From a virus: a stretch of 64,000 nt of DNA. The notes beneath the pieces were generated by a model. It did not search any database, was not told the origin of the DNA, and worked only from the letters and a program-made list of their open reading frames with translations. Every line of letters begins with the position of its first letter. Position 1 is the stretch's first letter. The stretch spans positions 9,589 through 73,588 of the IMG/VR virus record IMGVR_UViG_3300036780_000012. One strand, given 5' to 3'. Made by a program: the position numbers and the translations under genes. Below, one piece after another: positions 38,252 to 47,564 of this stretch.

Positions 38252-38452
38252 TCATGGCTTCCACAACCTCGTTCCCGCCCAGATAAAGAACCACCAGAAA
38301 CCGATACAGAAGGCGAATAGTCCGATGCCTACAAGTACCTGAGTTAACGGGTTAACCTTGTCCAATTTTGGACTGCCTATCTCCGGCTCCTCGACCTTAA
38401 TCCCGAGCTTATGAAAGTACTTCTTGTCTTCAATGCCCCAGGTTTCGCTCAT
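38252..38452 (-). CDS. small membrane protein
   Basis: C-terminal TM helix; contains palindrome (SPKLD). Confidence 0.55.
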   Translation of the reverse strand: MSETWGIEDKKYFHKLGIKVEEPEIGSPKLDKVNPLTQVLVGIGLFAFCIGFWWFFIWAGTRLWKP

Positions 38453-38636
38453 AAACAGCCTCCAATCCTACTAAGAGTTACTCCTAAGCGCACCGTGAGC
38501 CCTACAAGCGCAGCACGGGCCATCCCTCGAATGCTTGCTTTCGGTATTTCCGGCCCTGCCAACGTTCTCCATGCGAGCGCGGAGCCTAGAATCTGTATCT
38601 GGCCGTTAATCTTTCGCGTTCGGAGCGAGAGTGGTT

Positions 38637-38894
38637 TCATCGCAAAGCCTCGGTAATATCTGCCCTTGAATACGTCAGCGGCTTCAATACTTTTCCGTGC
38701 TCGTCGTAATGGACCGTTCCATCCGGCCAGACCTTTGTCATGTTCGAACGGTGAACCTCATCAAAGACTCGCTCAATATCAATCCCGTAAGATACTGCGG
38801 TGCCAATAATCACGTAAAGCGAATCAAGTTCCATGTTATAGCTTCGTGGTAATGGAGTGCCCTGTATAAGCAAACCAGAAACACTCCGTCCCAT
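38637..38894 (-). pseudogene. truncated MazG-like / PRA-PH NTP pyrophosphohydrolase
   Basis: D.LYV..G.A...G.D....FDEVHRSNMTK.....DGK-like KVLKP C-terminal half present; N-terminal EExxE helix absent. Confidence 0.6.
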
Positions 38895-38933
38895 GCGAGA
38901 CTCTTCGCCATGTCAAATACCTTAGCCCTCATC

Positions 38934-40124
38934 TCACGCCTCCGGCCCAAACAGTTCTTGCTCTACCGCTTCATCCGCTGACATCGCAGCCTGTTCTTCG
39001 GCAGGCTTATCATCTACGAACTTCACGCCAGCTAGTTCGAGTAGGTGCTCTACCTGAAAGAACTCTTTCCCATCTTTTGTTTCCTGTCGCGAGACTTCTG
39101 CCAACATCGTCTTGGGATAGGCACCGGCAATAAAGTAATCATGCATCGACTTATGCCAGACGTACAGTTTGCCATCCTGATTCTGTTGGTTCACGACAGA
39201 GAGTACAAGATACGGCTCTCCAGGTTCGCCTTTTTTTGTCGCCTTCTTATTCTTTTTCTCTGCCGCCTTTACTAAGTACACCGCAGCGGTAATCGGCTTT
39301 GAGGTTAGACGGTCCTGTTCGGCGTGCTTGCAATCCTTTTCATGGCCACCGATTTTTCGGCATTCTCCACACATGGTTGGAGCTTCTTTTGCCGGGGCCT
39401 GAGCCTGTTCGTCTTTGTCCAATTTTGGACTGGCGTTTCTGCTAAGGCCAGTATCCTCATGTCCCCGATTTGGTTCGGAGGATGGTTGCAGATTCGCAAT
39501 ATCCAAGGTCATTGACTCACGCTGGGTTTTCGCCTGTGAGGTATCTGTAGGAATATCCATTGCTTCCTCGGCTAGCGAGATACCTTTGAGTACATCGGCG
39601 AAGGAATCGCGCAAGGCAAATCCTCTCGCTCTCATCTGTCTCATGCGGTTTCGATATTGAATCCACGGGCCTTTGTTTAACAGGCCAGCTTTCGCAGCGT
39701 CGTCATCGCTGAACTTACGTATCACCGGAGAACGCCCACGACGCTTTACAATGCAGGTTGCGACCGTTCCCTCTGTGCTTTCCTGAATGTCTTCGAAGTC
39801 AGGATGTCCGGAGCAAAGGGCTAAAGCTCCATCGCCCCAGAGAGCAGGTCTGCCGTTAATCACCGATACAGACTGCAAGGATTGCATGGGCGGTAAGCCG
39901 ATCTCCGCGCCGAACTGGATCGCCACAATAATATTTGCAGGTTTCTTCTGATAATCTTTCGGTACGATCTCGCTTGCGGCCATCATCTTTGCGAGAGCAA
40001 TCGCCTCGGTAAGATTTGCAGGAGTAAAGGCGGCGAGTCGAGTTTGTTTTGCGCTGCGGTTAGTGTCGATTGCGACAGCAGGTTGGACAGGGAGAGCGAG
40101 AGCGTATTGCTTTGCTTCTGACAT
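38934..40124 (-). CDS. RecT/Redbeta-like single-strand annealing protein
   Basis: A.S..VPK.YQ.KP.N...AI..G.E.GL.PMQ.LQ...VINGRP, A..AGL..K.PW..Y..RM...RA.....RD.F.DVL.G. Confidence 0.85.
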   Translation of the reverse strand: MSEAKQYALALPVQPAVAIDTNRSAKQTRLAAFTPANLTEAIALAKMMAASEIVPKDYQKKPANIIVAIQFGAEIGLPPMQSLQSVSVINGRPALWGDGALALCSGHPDFEDIQESTEGTVATCIVKRRGRSPVIRKFSDDDAAKAGLLNKGPWIQYRNRMRQMRARGFALRDSFADVLKGISLAEEAMDIPTDTSQAKTQRESMTLDIANLQPSSEPNRGHEDTGLSRNASPKLDKDEQAQAPAKEAPTMCGECRKIGGHEKDCKHAEQDRLTSKPITAAVYLVKAAEKKNKKATKKGEPGEPYLVLSVVNQQNQDGKLYVWHKSMHDYFIAGAYPKTMLAEVSRQETKDGKEFFQVEHLLELAGVKFVDDKPAEEQAAMSADEAVEQELFGPEA

Positions 40125-40196
40125 ATTGCCTTTCTTGTTTTTCTAGACATTTCACGCGCCTCTAGAGGCTCCGAGGAAAACAGTTTACTACTTTGA

Positions 40197-41291
40197 TTAT
40201 CCAATCTGTACTAACTTCGGCACTGCCACTGTATGCGGGCGTTTCGCGGCTGGACACATGTCCCAATATCCACAAAACGATTCGGAACAATGCCAATCGT
40301 CGGTATTCGCTGGCATAAAGGCTCCTGTCTTCGTTGCTACATGCCATGAGTGAATCGCTCGGGCGAATCGGAACAAAAACACATTAATGTCGTCCATTGT
40401 TACCGTACTCGAACGCGGAACATAATTCAGGTCATGGCGCTTCGGAGTCCGAACGAGATAGTCGAGCACCGTAGCGTCCGGTAGTTTCTTGTCGAGGACC
40501 AGGGTTGCGAGTCCGTAACTGACAAGCTGATTCGAGTCGTCCGCGCTATCCTCGGATGGAGAACGTTTGCTTGTTTTTGTATCACGGATAACGATTTCTT
40601 TCTTGAATCCACCGTCTACGAAGCCTTCTGCTCTCATCCACTGAGGAATATGGACATTGCGCAATTCGTCTCTAACTGGAACCGTAGTTTCTTCGATGAT
40701 GTCGATAGCTCCGGCAAAGTCCGTTCCGATCCGCGCCGCTGAGTTCATCGCCGCACCTTCTGCATGGAGAATCTTCGCAGCATCTAAGCTCTGCTGTTTA
40801 TCGCCGTCCGTGTGTAATTGCTTCGCTCGCTTTCGCAACCAACCATCCATGTCGATAGCGAATGACCTTTGCACGTACTTTGGTTGAATGACCGGCGCAG
40901 CCTTATCGTAATGCAGGCCGGCAAGCGACACGCTCTTATCAAGCGCCTCTGCCTTTGCCGCATCTTTCGAGATGCCCTCTTTCTTCTCGCTCAGTTCTAC
41001 CTCGAACGGATCGGAAGATTCTTTAGCTTCGAATGTAGCAGCCGCAATATCAACCGCATCCTGGCGTTTCAGGAGTTCACCAGTGTCAATCTTGTTCTGC
41101 AAGTCCTGTGTTACGCTGGCATCTACAGCAGAGCCAACGTGGAGATAGGCAGACGGCGGACGCCTGATTCCTAGTTGATAACGAAACATGGCGCGTAGCT
41201 GACACACCGACATGGTAGACATGAATGATTGATGGTACTGCATTCGCTTTTTAGGCGTAATAGATTTTAGTGCTTCTGTAGCGTCAGGCAT
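40197..41291 (-). CDS. PD-(D/E)XK exonuclease (RecB/Cas4-like)
   Basis: S......C...Y, GS..D, G.IDI, I.D.KT, QL..Y, C....CGY...CP; adjacent to annealase. Confidence 0.85.
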   Translation of the reverse strand: MPDATEALKSITPKKRMQYHQSFMSTMSVCQLRAMFRYQLGIRRPPSAYLHVGSAVDASVTQDLQNKIDTGELLKRQDAVDIAAATFEAKESSDPFEVELSEKKEGISKDAAKAEALDKSVSLAGLHYDKAAPVIQPKYVQRSFAIDMDGWLRKRAKQLHTDGDKQQSLDAAKILHAEGAAMNSAARIGTDFAGAIDIIEETTVPVRDELRNVHIPQWMRAEGFVDGGFKKEIVIRDTKTSKRSPSEDSADDSNQLVSYGLATLVLDKKLPDATVLDYLVRTPKRHDLNYVPRSSTVTMDDINVFLFRFARAIHSWHVATKTGAFMPANTDDWHCSESFCGYWDMCPAAKRPHTVAVPKLVQIG

Positions 41292-41663
41292 CTGCTTTCC
41301 TTTCGAACTTTCTCATTTCGCGACCGCGCTCCATCGCTTCATACTCCTCTTGCGCCTGCCGCTGCCGAATGCGTCTCATGCAGTCCAAAATTAGACAGCG
41401 CTGACTGTTCTTCTTAGCGCTCCAATCAACCGGATTGCACGTGCGGTTTAAGAATTGCTGAAGCAGACGCAATACGGTAGTCGATTGATCGTTTAACTCC
41501 ACAGCGTTCCCTTTCCCTGCCAAAGTCTCTTTACTCCAGAGCCGAGTTCCCAGAACGTCATTACTGCGCAGATTACCGTTACGAGCAGGATAAGACCGAA
41601 CAGGGGAACGGTATAGCCTTGGTCGTCTAGCTCGGCCTGATCTAAACTTGAAAAACTAGTCAT

Positions 41664-42452
41664 TTATTTCACCGCTATCATACGTTTGACCAAATCAACA
41701 GCGGAATTCTGTAGAACTACCAAAGTCGGTTTCAAAGCAGCCCTCGCAGCAGCCCACGCAGCAGCCCTCGCAGCAGCCCCCGCAGCAGCCCCCGCAGCAG
41801 CCCCCGCAGCAGCCCACGCAGCAGCCCCCGCAGCAGCCCACGCAGCAGCCCTCGCAGCAGCCCCCGCAGCAGCCCCCGCAGCAGCCCCCGCAGCAGCCCC
41901 CGCAGCAGCCCTCGCAGCAGCCCCCGCAGCAGCCCACGCAGCATCCCTCGCAGCAGCCCTCGCAGCAGCCCCCGCAGCATCCCTCGTAGCAGCCCTCGCA
42001 GCATAAGCATTATCGCGGACGGCTTCTATAGTGCCGCGAATAGAAGGTGTTTGAGTAAAGTCGGTAATTCTCGGCAGCGATTCTAGCGCTTCGGCACTAG
42101 TAGTCAAGCCAGCTAACCGCAACCACATTGGAGTATGTACGCGAATCAGCCAATCGGCGCATAGTATCGCTCGCTGAACCTCTACCTCTTTCGTTGATCG
42201 GGTACCGATTAGATCGCGGATAAGCGGCTTCAAAAGACGGTCACGGTCCGCATCGCTTGGCAATGCATCATTCCATGAACGCAGGAAAGCGCTGATAACC
42301 GGACAAGCGCATTTAGGATGGTCGCTCCATGATTCACCCGCAACAAAGGCAACAGCTTCCATCACGCAGAAAGTCGAGTCCGGGGAATGCGCTCCGGCTT
42401 TCAAAGATAAGTTAGCAAGTTTATTCCAACGTTCTTCAATTACTGGAGTCAT
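41664..42452 (-). CDS. Ala-rich AAxA-repeat phage protein
   Basis: GAH.....CVMEA.A..AGE.WSD.P.C..PVI......WND domain followed by (AAGA/AARA/AAWA)n. Confidence 0.8.
   Translation of the reverse strand: MTPVIEERWNKLANLSLKAGAHSPDSTFCVMEAVAFVAGESWSDHPKCACPVISAFLRSWNDALPSDADRDRLLKPLIRDLIGTRSTKEVEVQRAILCADWLIRVHTPMWLRLAGLTTSAEALESLPRITDFTQTPSIRGTIEAVRDNAYAARAATRDAAGAAARAAARDAAWAAAGAAARAAAGAAAGAAAGAAAGAAARAAAWAAAGAAAWAAAGAAAGAAAGAAARAAAWAAARAALKPTLVVLQNSAVDLVKRMIAVK
41737..42003. repeat. 12-bp tandem repeat, about 22 units
   Basis: Plus-strand unit GCAGCCC(C/T/A)CGCA. Confidence 0.95.
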
Positions 42453-42479
42453 TAAAGTATTTTCCTTTCCTGAAACCTG

Positions 42480-42725
42480 TCAGTGTGTTTCCTTGTCAAG
42501 ATGGCGAACGCAACGGGCCTCGTCGCCATCTGGTAACAACTGCACCGCTGCCTCTTCTCCGCACTCGCGCCCTTCCCTGTTTACGAATGAGCAAGCAACG
42601 CTATTTACTTCGCGCAAGCATTCCTCGGTACAACGGTGAAGTAATTCTTCACTTGGCAGGACGAGCACGCGCAGAGCCTGGTTCATCTGGTTTACGATCT
42701 CTTTTGCTTCTTGAGCGGATGACAT
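42480..42725 (-). CDS. small Cys-containing hypothetical protein
   Basis: ORF with SD; C..C..C.H. Confidence 0.45.
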   Translation of the reverse strand: MSSAQEAKEIVNQMNQALRVLVLPSEELLHRCTEECLREVNSVACSFVNREGRECGEEAAVQLLPDGDEARCVRHLDKETH

Positions 42726-42961
42726 AATTCCCCTTTTGGCTTTCGACCAATCATTCGCAGGGTGCTGGAGTGTCTCGATCGGGAGTACATCCCTATGCTA
42801 TCTACCCAGTCCATTTGGCATGCCTTTATATGCGGCTGGACTCGACGCTGCTGCGTCTCGAAGGATCTATAGCGGGAGCCGCCCCGCAGATCGGCAGAAA
42901 TCATCGCACTCAATCGGGTTGTCCTCGCAGCACCCAGCGAATTACTGGCTTGTCTCATATC

Positions 42962-43147
42962 CTAACTCCACATCTTCCACGTTACAGCCAAACCAACTGC
43001 AATGATCCCGCAGACTATAGCCAGCAAAAAGTAATCCGTTCGCTGACTATTCAGAACGCAGAGACCATAGCCGTTATTCTCCAAATCCTCGGGGCCGACG
43101 TACCGTCCTCCGCATAGGCAGCAATAAGTTGCAGGTTTGAATTTCAT
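42962..43147 (-). CDS. small CxxC + TM protein
   Basis: Start MKFKPATY after AGGAGG; palindrome directly upstream of the SD. Confidence 0.55.
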   Translation of the reverse strand: MKFKPATYCCLCGGRYVGPEDLENNGYGLCVLNSQRTDYFLLAIVCGIIAVGLAVTWKMWS

Positions 43148-43221
43148 GGGACGCCTCCTGTCTAAAATTGGACTATCCAACTATTCTCCAAGGCCAGCCG
43201 CCCGGAAGAATAGCTCGGCAG

Positions 43222-43386
43222 TCAAAGCACCTGCGAAGGTTGCGATGGGACCGCCGAAACCTTAGCCGCTACCGTTTCCCAAGCTTTCTGCTGCGCGCTT
43301 CCAATACATTCCCATTTTAGGGAGATCATTCTGTTGGTTTTGTAAAGGGCATTGATGTATGTTTCGTAGAGCAATCTATCTTTCAT
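43222..43386 (-). CDS. first gene of leftward early operon (54 aa)
   Basis: Hand-translated MKDRLLYETYINALYKTNRMISLKWECIGSAQQKAWETVAAKVSAVPSQPSQVL; GAGG SD. Confidence 0.55.
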   Translation of the reverse strand: MKDRLLYETYINALYKTNRMISLKWECIGSAQQKAWETVAAKVSAVPSQPSQVL

Positions 43387-43423
43387 TGGCTTGTCCTCGC
43401 AGGTGGATTTCGATTACGAAACC

Positions 43424-43453
43424 AATATACGCAGACTCTCAAACTTCTGTCAA
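43424..43453 (-). promoter_or_regulatory. leftward early promoter
   Basis: TTGACA-N18-TATATT. Confidence 0.7.
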
Positions 43454-43454
43454 G

Positions 43455-43474
43455 CATTATTTAACATTATTTAA
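43455..43474. promoter_or_regulatory. 10-bp tandem direct repeat between divergent promoters (operator or UP element)
   Basis: CATTATTTAA x2. Confidence 0.5.
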
Positions 43475-43491
43475 CAGCCGTTATTATTTGC

Positions 43492-43520
43492 TTGACTTCC
43501 GCAAAACGCAGGTTTACAGT
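43492..43520 (+). promoter_or_regulatory. rightward early promoter (likely leaderless transcript)
   Basis: TTGACT-N17-TACAGT with ATG 7 nt downstream and no SD. Confidence 0.7.
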
Positions 43521-43527
43521 CTCGTTC

Positions 43528-43680
43528 ATGAGCGATTCCCCGATTACATTTCTAAGATTGCCAGAATCACTCCGCAAGGAAGCGCAGAAACTTGCGGTGC
43601 GGGAGGATCGGTCTCTAGCTAACACGCTGCGTATGCTGATTAAGGAAGCATTACAAGCTCGAAACGGGAAGGCGAGATGA
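43528..43680 (+). CDS. Arc/CopG-type ribbon-helix-helix regulator
   Basis: TFLRLPESLR.....LA..EDRSL.N.LR.LI.EAL. Confidence 0.85.
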   Translation: MSDSPITFLRLPESLRKEAQKLAVREDRSLANTLRMLIKEALQARNGKAR

Positions 43681-44099
43681 GCCCTCGAATCAGTTTTACC
43701 GTAATCGGAACTCCTCAACCACAAGGCTCTAGCCGCGCATTCGTTCCGAAAGGCTGGACGCGGGCAATCATTACGTCAGCTAACTCGAAGCTCAAGCCGT
43801 GGCGCCAGGAGATTGCAGGGACCGCCCAAGTAGCGATGAACGAGTCCAAAATTGGACTACTCGAAAATGTCCCGCTCGCTATCGAAGCTGCCTTCTTTTT
43901 TGATAAGCCTAAATCCGCAAAGAAGTCATTGCTTCATAAGATCACAAAACCAGATGCCGACAAACTGTTGCGCGGTTTGCTCGATGCACTAACCGGGATC
44001 GTATTCAAAGACGATGCTCAGATCGTCCAGTGCATCGTTAGAAAAGGGTTTGGAGTTCCTAGCAGAGTCGAGGTTTCCGTAATGGGGGTTTCGCAATGA
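43677..44099 (+). CDS. rusA: RusA-family Holliday junction resolvase
   Basis: F.V.G.P.PQGS.R, KPD.DKL.R..LDALTG..F.DDAQIV. Confidence 0.9.
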   Translation: MSPRISFTVIGTPQPQGSSRAFVPKGWTRAIITSANSKLKPWRQEIAGTAQVAMNESKIGLLENVPLAIEAAFFFDKPKSAKKSLLHKITKPDADKLLRGLLDALTGIVFKDDAQIVQCIVRKGFGVPSRVEVSVMGVSQ

Positions 44100-44256
44100 C
44101 CGACAAGCAATATCACGACCTGATAGAAATTCTGGAACGTGCATGGCAGCGAGCCGAACGATTACCGACAATCAGCCGCGAACGCGATGCTCAGTTAGAC
44201 GATTTGCGGCGAGCGTTGAATATCTTGTTTGAGATATGGCAGGTTAAGGAGACAGC

Positions 44257-44709
44257 GTGAGCAATAGTGTTTGCCTTTTCGTATCAACCGAGGAGTTCGA
44301 TCCTGTTTCCGCGCTGATTCGAGCGCGTACTGAATGCGATTGGTCGCATGTAGGTTTCTACCGACTCGCGAGTAATGTAACGTTTAGCGCTATGTGTGAC
44401 GGTAAAGGCGTGGCATGGCGAGCCTTACGACCAATGCAGAAGATCATGTTGCTGGACGCACCGCATGTAGATGAAGCATTTTCGTATGCGCTAACTCAGT
44501 CTGGAAAGCCGTACAACACTATCGACATCGCCGGGTTAGCCGTAGGCCGCAACTGGGAGACCGTCGATAGCTTTATTTGCTCTACGCTCGTTCTCTGGGC
44601 ATTCGAGAAGGCTGAGTATCCGCTTCTCAACCCTACATTCATTCCGCTGGAACATTACACGCCACGCGACATCTTGTTGAGTCCGTACGTGCAGGAAAGG
44701 AAACCATGA
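44257..44709 (+). CDS. permuted papain-like amidase (YiiX/YebB-like)
   Basis: S.LIR..T...WSHVG (His), GKPY, F.CS.LV..A (Cys), TP.D. Confidence 0.8.
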   Translation: MSNSVCLFVSTEEFDPVSALIRARTECDWSHVGFYRLASNVTFSAMCDGKGVAWRALRPMQKIMLLDAPHVDEAFSYALTQSGKPYNTIDIAGLAVGRNWETVDSFICSTLVLWAFEKAEYPLLNPTFIPLEHYTPRDILLSPYVQERKP

Positions 44710-44981
44710 AGCTGGACGAGAAGCAGATAGAGGAATTACGTCAGTGGGCTTGGGAAGAGGGTTGGGAGGGAAGTCCAACTGGACCTATACACCATCCTGT
44801 CAGGCTTGAGATTAGCACGGAGCCAGACTTACTTCCGGGGAAGAAGCCTTGGGCTGGACGGTACTTTCAACGAGTTGTGGCGCGTGTCTATCTCGTCGAG
44901 CCAAGCTGTATAGGCCCCGGACACGATGACAATTTAGCTATTTGTGAGTGCGAACCGCTTGCGGTAAGGAGATTGCAATGA
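44706..44981 (+). CDS. hypothetical protein
   Basis: Coupled ORF with SD. Confidence 0.45.
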   Translation: MKLDEKQIEELRQWAWEEGWEGSPTGPIHHPVRLEISTEPDLLPGKKPWAGRYFQRVVARVYLVEPSCIGPGHDDNLAICECEPLAVRRLQ

Positions 44982-45778
44982 AGAAAAACCCTACATCTTT
45001 CGACCTGATCGCCGCATTGGATAAGCGGGTAAAAGCAATCGAGAATGAACCTGTTCCGACGACGCCTAAACTCGCTTTACTTTGGCACCAGCGCGATATT
45101 GAAGATTACAATTCCATGCGCGGTATGGTGAAAGAAGTATCAGATGCGCCTAAGATTACACAGTTAGAAGAGTTTGATAAAACAACGTTGTCCCCAGAAG
45201 AGCGCGAAGCATTAGCTAGGATTCTCGCTGCTCCTTCCCGTCCTCCTGTTCGCTGGCCGCGATGGGTAACGGTACTGGCGCTAGCAGGGTTCATAGTCTT
45301 TATAGGGTGGCGAGTCAGTCCAAAATTGGACAAGAATGCTCCCATGCGTCCTACTGCGGATAGTGTATTCTGCCCGGAAGGTAAACTCTGTCCTGATAAT
45401 AGTGGCTACAACCCTCAGCAGAATAACATGGGTTACTTATATCCTAATACGGATGGGCATATTGCTGCGAGTAGCGGCACGGGTACGGTAGGGACCGTAA
45501 TTCTAAAACGATATTCCAAATGGCTGCTTGCAGTTTCCCCGCAGATCGAGGACTGCTGGATACGCATTAGCGTAGGCGATAGTCGGGTCGTGGCCGAGGG
45601 AACGGTTATGGGCGGGAATATAGATACTTATGCGTTCCCTGTCGGTCAAATAGCCACCGTGCGTACAGGATGCCCCGGTGGCGTACGTTACTGGGTAAAC
45701 GGCGAAGAGATTCAACCTGAAGAGTCTAAGCAGCCGCATGATACGAGCAAGGTCGAACTGGTAGAGGTTAAACCGTGA
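44978..45778 (+). CDS. bitopic membrane protein with RodZ C-terminal (DUF4115)-like domain
   Basis: One TM helix after a basic stretch; C-terminal EDCWI.I..G......G....G....F......VRTG.PGGV...VNG pattern. Confidence 0.6.
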   Translation: MKKNPTSFDLIAALDKRVKAIENEPVPTTPKLALLWHQRDIEDYNSMRGMVKEVSDAPKITQLEEFDKTTLSPEEREALARILAAPSRPPVRWPRWVTVLALAGFIVFIGWRVSPKLDKNAPMRPTADSVFCPEGKLCPDNSGYNPQQNNMGYLYPNTDGHIAASSGTGTVGTVILKRYSKWLLAVSPQIEDCWIRISVGDSRVVAEGTVMGGNIDTYAFPVGQIATVRTGCPGGVRYWVNGEEIQPEESKQPHDTSKVELVEVKP

Positions 45779-46011
45779 AGTTAACTATACCAGAGGTCTT
45801 ACCATTGGTCGTCAGCCTATATAAAAAGCATTCCGCAGGATGCTGCCTGCATATAGTGTTAGACGATAACAATGTAGACGATAGCTGTGTAGATTTTTGC
45901 ATTCGGCAAGCGCGGAGGTTAAATCACGCTGACTGCCTAAACTTGGCGCTCTTATTGGCAAGGATGTCCAGAACGCAGCGATTAAAACTAGCGCACAGAA
46001 AATGTTATTAG
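45775..46011 (+). CDS. hypothetical protein
   Basis: AGCCLHIVLDD.N motif seen in small phage proteins. Confidence 0.55.
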   Translation: MKLTIPEVLPLVVSLYKKHSAGCCLHIVLDDNNVDDSCVDFCIRQARRLNHADCLNLALLLARMSRTQRLKLAHRKCY

Positions 46012-46029
46012 AACTAAAAAGGAGAAACA

Positions 46030-46455
46030 ATGAAGCGAATTGCCACTGTAATTCTATTGCTCTCTGCCGCTCTTTACGGGCAGGAGAAGATCAAACCGCT
46101 AACCGCTGAAGAAGAGTTAGACATTCGTACACCTCAGATTCGTTCTATGCAAGACGCCGCGCAAAAGGCAGCTATTACAGCTCAGTATCAGGCAGAGATG
46201 GAAAAAGACCCGAAGTACGTGGCTCTCGATAAGGATCAGCAAGAAGCAGACGCGGAAGCGCAAAAGGCTCTAGATGAGGTGTACTCTTCTCGTCGTCTGA
46301 ATAAGAATGAGGTCGTGTTTTGTATGGGACAGACTCATAACGCAGGAGGTGTAATTGGTGGGCCTTGCGATTCTGCTCCGGCGAATCGACTAAGCCTGCA
46401 ACCGCTAACTAAGGTAAAGTCCGACAATAAGGCTAGTGAGGTTAAGAAACCGTAA
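46030..46455 (+). CDS. exported protein (Sec signal peptide)
   Basis: MKRIATVILLLSAALYG-Q; strong SD. Confidence 0.7.
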   Translation: MKRIATVILLLSAALYGQEKIKPLTAEEELDIRTPQIRSMQDAAQKAAITAQYQAEMEKDPKYVALDKDQQEADAEAQKALDEVYSSRRLNKNEVVFCMGQTHNAGGVIGGPCDSAPANRLSLQPLTKVKSDNKASEVKKP

Positions 46456-46467
46456 CTAGGAGAAGCG

Positions 46468-47202
46468 ATGCCAAACCAAGTGCAGGACTGGATGCTCCGA
46501 GCAGTTAAACAAATCAGGGCAAATTGGTGGCACTCCGGAGTCCCTGATGAATCTATCGCGCAGATCATCGCCGATCACGCTCCGGGGGCGGAACCCATGC
46601 CCGTTCCAACAACGCCGAAGTGTTTGAGCTATGACGAGTGTGATGGCGATCTTCCCGGAGAATGGCATGAGAAAAACTGCCCCTGCTATGTAGAGGAAGT
46701 TGATGGCGTGATGGCGGCCGATTGGGAACGTAGGAAGCCGGAGCTAGATGCGGAGTTCGTGAAATTCAAAGCCCAACGTGAAGCGAAACCCCTTCCTGCT
46801 GTCTCCCCACGGTACGAATGGACACCAGAAGTTGAGACTGCACGGAAACTCCTGATGGAGAAGTTTTCCGATCAGTTCAGTATGGAGGCAATCGCCGAAG
46901 CGGCTTACATACTTGGCGGAAAAGTATCGGCTGGGGCTGTCTCCTCCGCTTCCCGGCCTTACGAAGTAGGCGAGTCCGAGCGCATGAAAGATCCTCAGCC
47001 CGCGAAACTGGTCAAAGCCATGACCGAGGCTCAGGAAGATGGCAGAGAGGCTGTCTCTCCAACGAATGAATTTTCACGTGGACGGCTGTTTCAATTCCAG
47101 CGTATGAAGGACAAGCGTCCACTTGACCCGGTTTATTGGGATATGCACGAATTGCGGGAACTGAAAGCGGCTGTTTCTCCAGAGCCGCAGGAGAAGAAAT
47201 GA
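46468..47202 (+). CDS. mosaic hypothetical protein punctuated by AVSP motifs
   Basis: Four AVS(P/S) motifs separate unrelated segments. Confidence 0.6.
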   Translation: MPNQVQDWMLRAVKQIRANWWHSGVPDESIAQIIADHAPGAEPMPVPTTPKCLSYDECDGDLPGEWHEKNCPCYVEEVDGVMAADWERRKPELDAEFVKFKAQREAKPLPAVSPRYEWTPEVETARKLLMEKFSDQFSMEAIAEAAYILGGKVSAGAVSSASRPYEVGESERMKDPQPAKLVKAMTEAQEDGREAVSPTNEFSRGRLFQFQRMKDKRPLDPVYWDMHELRELKAAVSPEPQEKK

Positions 47203-47564
47203 TTAAAGAATTTACGCCGGGAACGGTTTTGATTGAGCGCGAACGCGAGCGGCAGATTGAGAAAGAAGGCTGGACTTCGGAACACGACGCGCACCACGAT
47301 GCGGGAGAACTGGCCGATGCTGCGGCGTGCTATGCCGATCTGTCCGCTGCGCTTATTCGAGGAGCGAGCGTCGAGGAGTTGAAGCCGCTAATTATTGATG
47401 GCTACGATTCAATGCTGACGTGGCCCTTCGATGATGACGATTTTAAGCCGACCGATGATCCGATACGCAATCTAGTGAAGGCCGGGGCGTTAATCGCGGC
47501 AGAAATTGACAGACTTCAACGAGCTGTCTCCCCAGAGCCAACACTGAAAAAGGAGAACTCATGA
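47199..47564 (+). CDS. conserved phage hypothetical protein
   Basis: ER.RQI..EGW..EHD..H..GELA.AA.CYA ... R.LVKAGALI.AEI.R. Confidence 0.75.
   Translation: MIKEFTPGTVLIERERERQIEKEGWTSEHDAHHDAGELADAAACYADLSAALIRGASVEELKPLIIDGYDSMLTWPFDDDDFKPTDDPIRNLVKAGALIAAEIDRLQRAVSPEPTLKKENS

Noticed and set aside
40197-41291. Cas4 indicating a CRISPR system
   Set aside because: Paired with a RecT-like annealase; no cas1/cas2 or array
41686-42010. Cys/Gly-rich, LLRG-repeat and Ala/Pro ORFs in other frames, or a CRISPR-like array
   Set aside because: Shadow frames of the 12-bp repeat; there are no unique spacers
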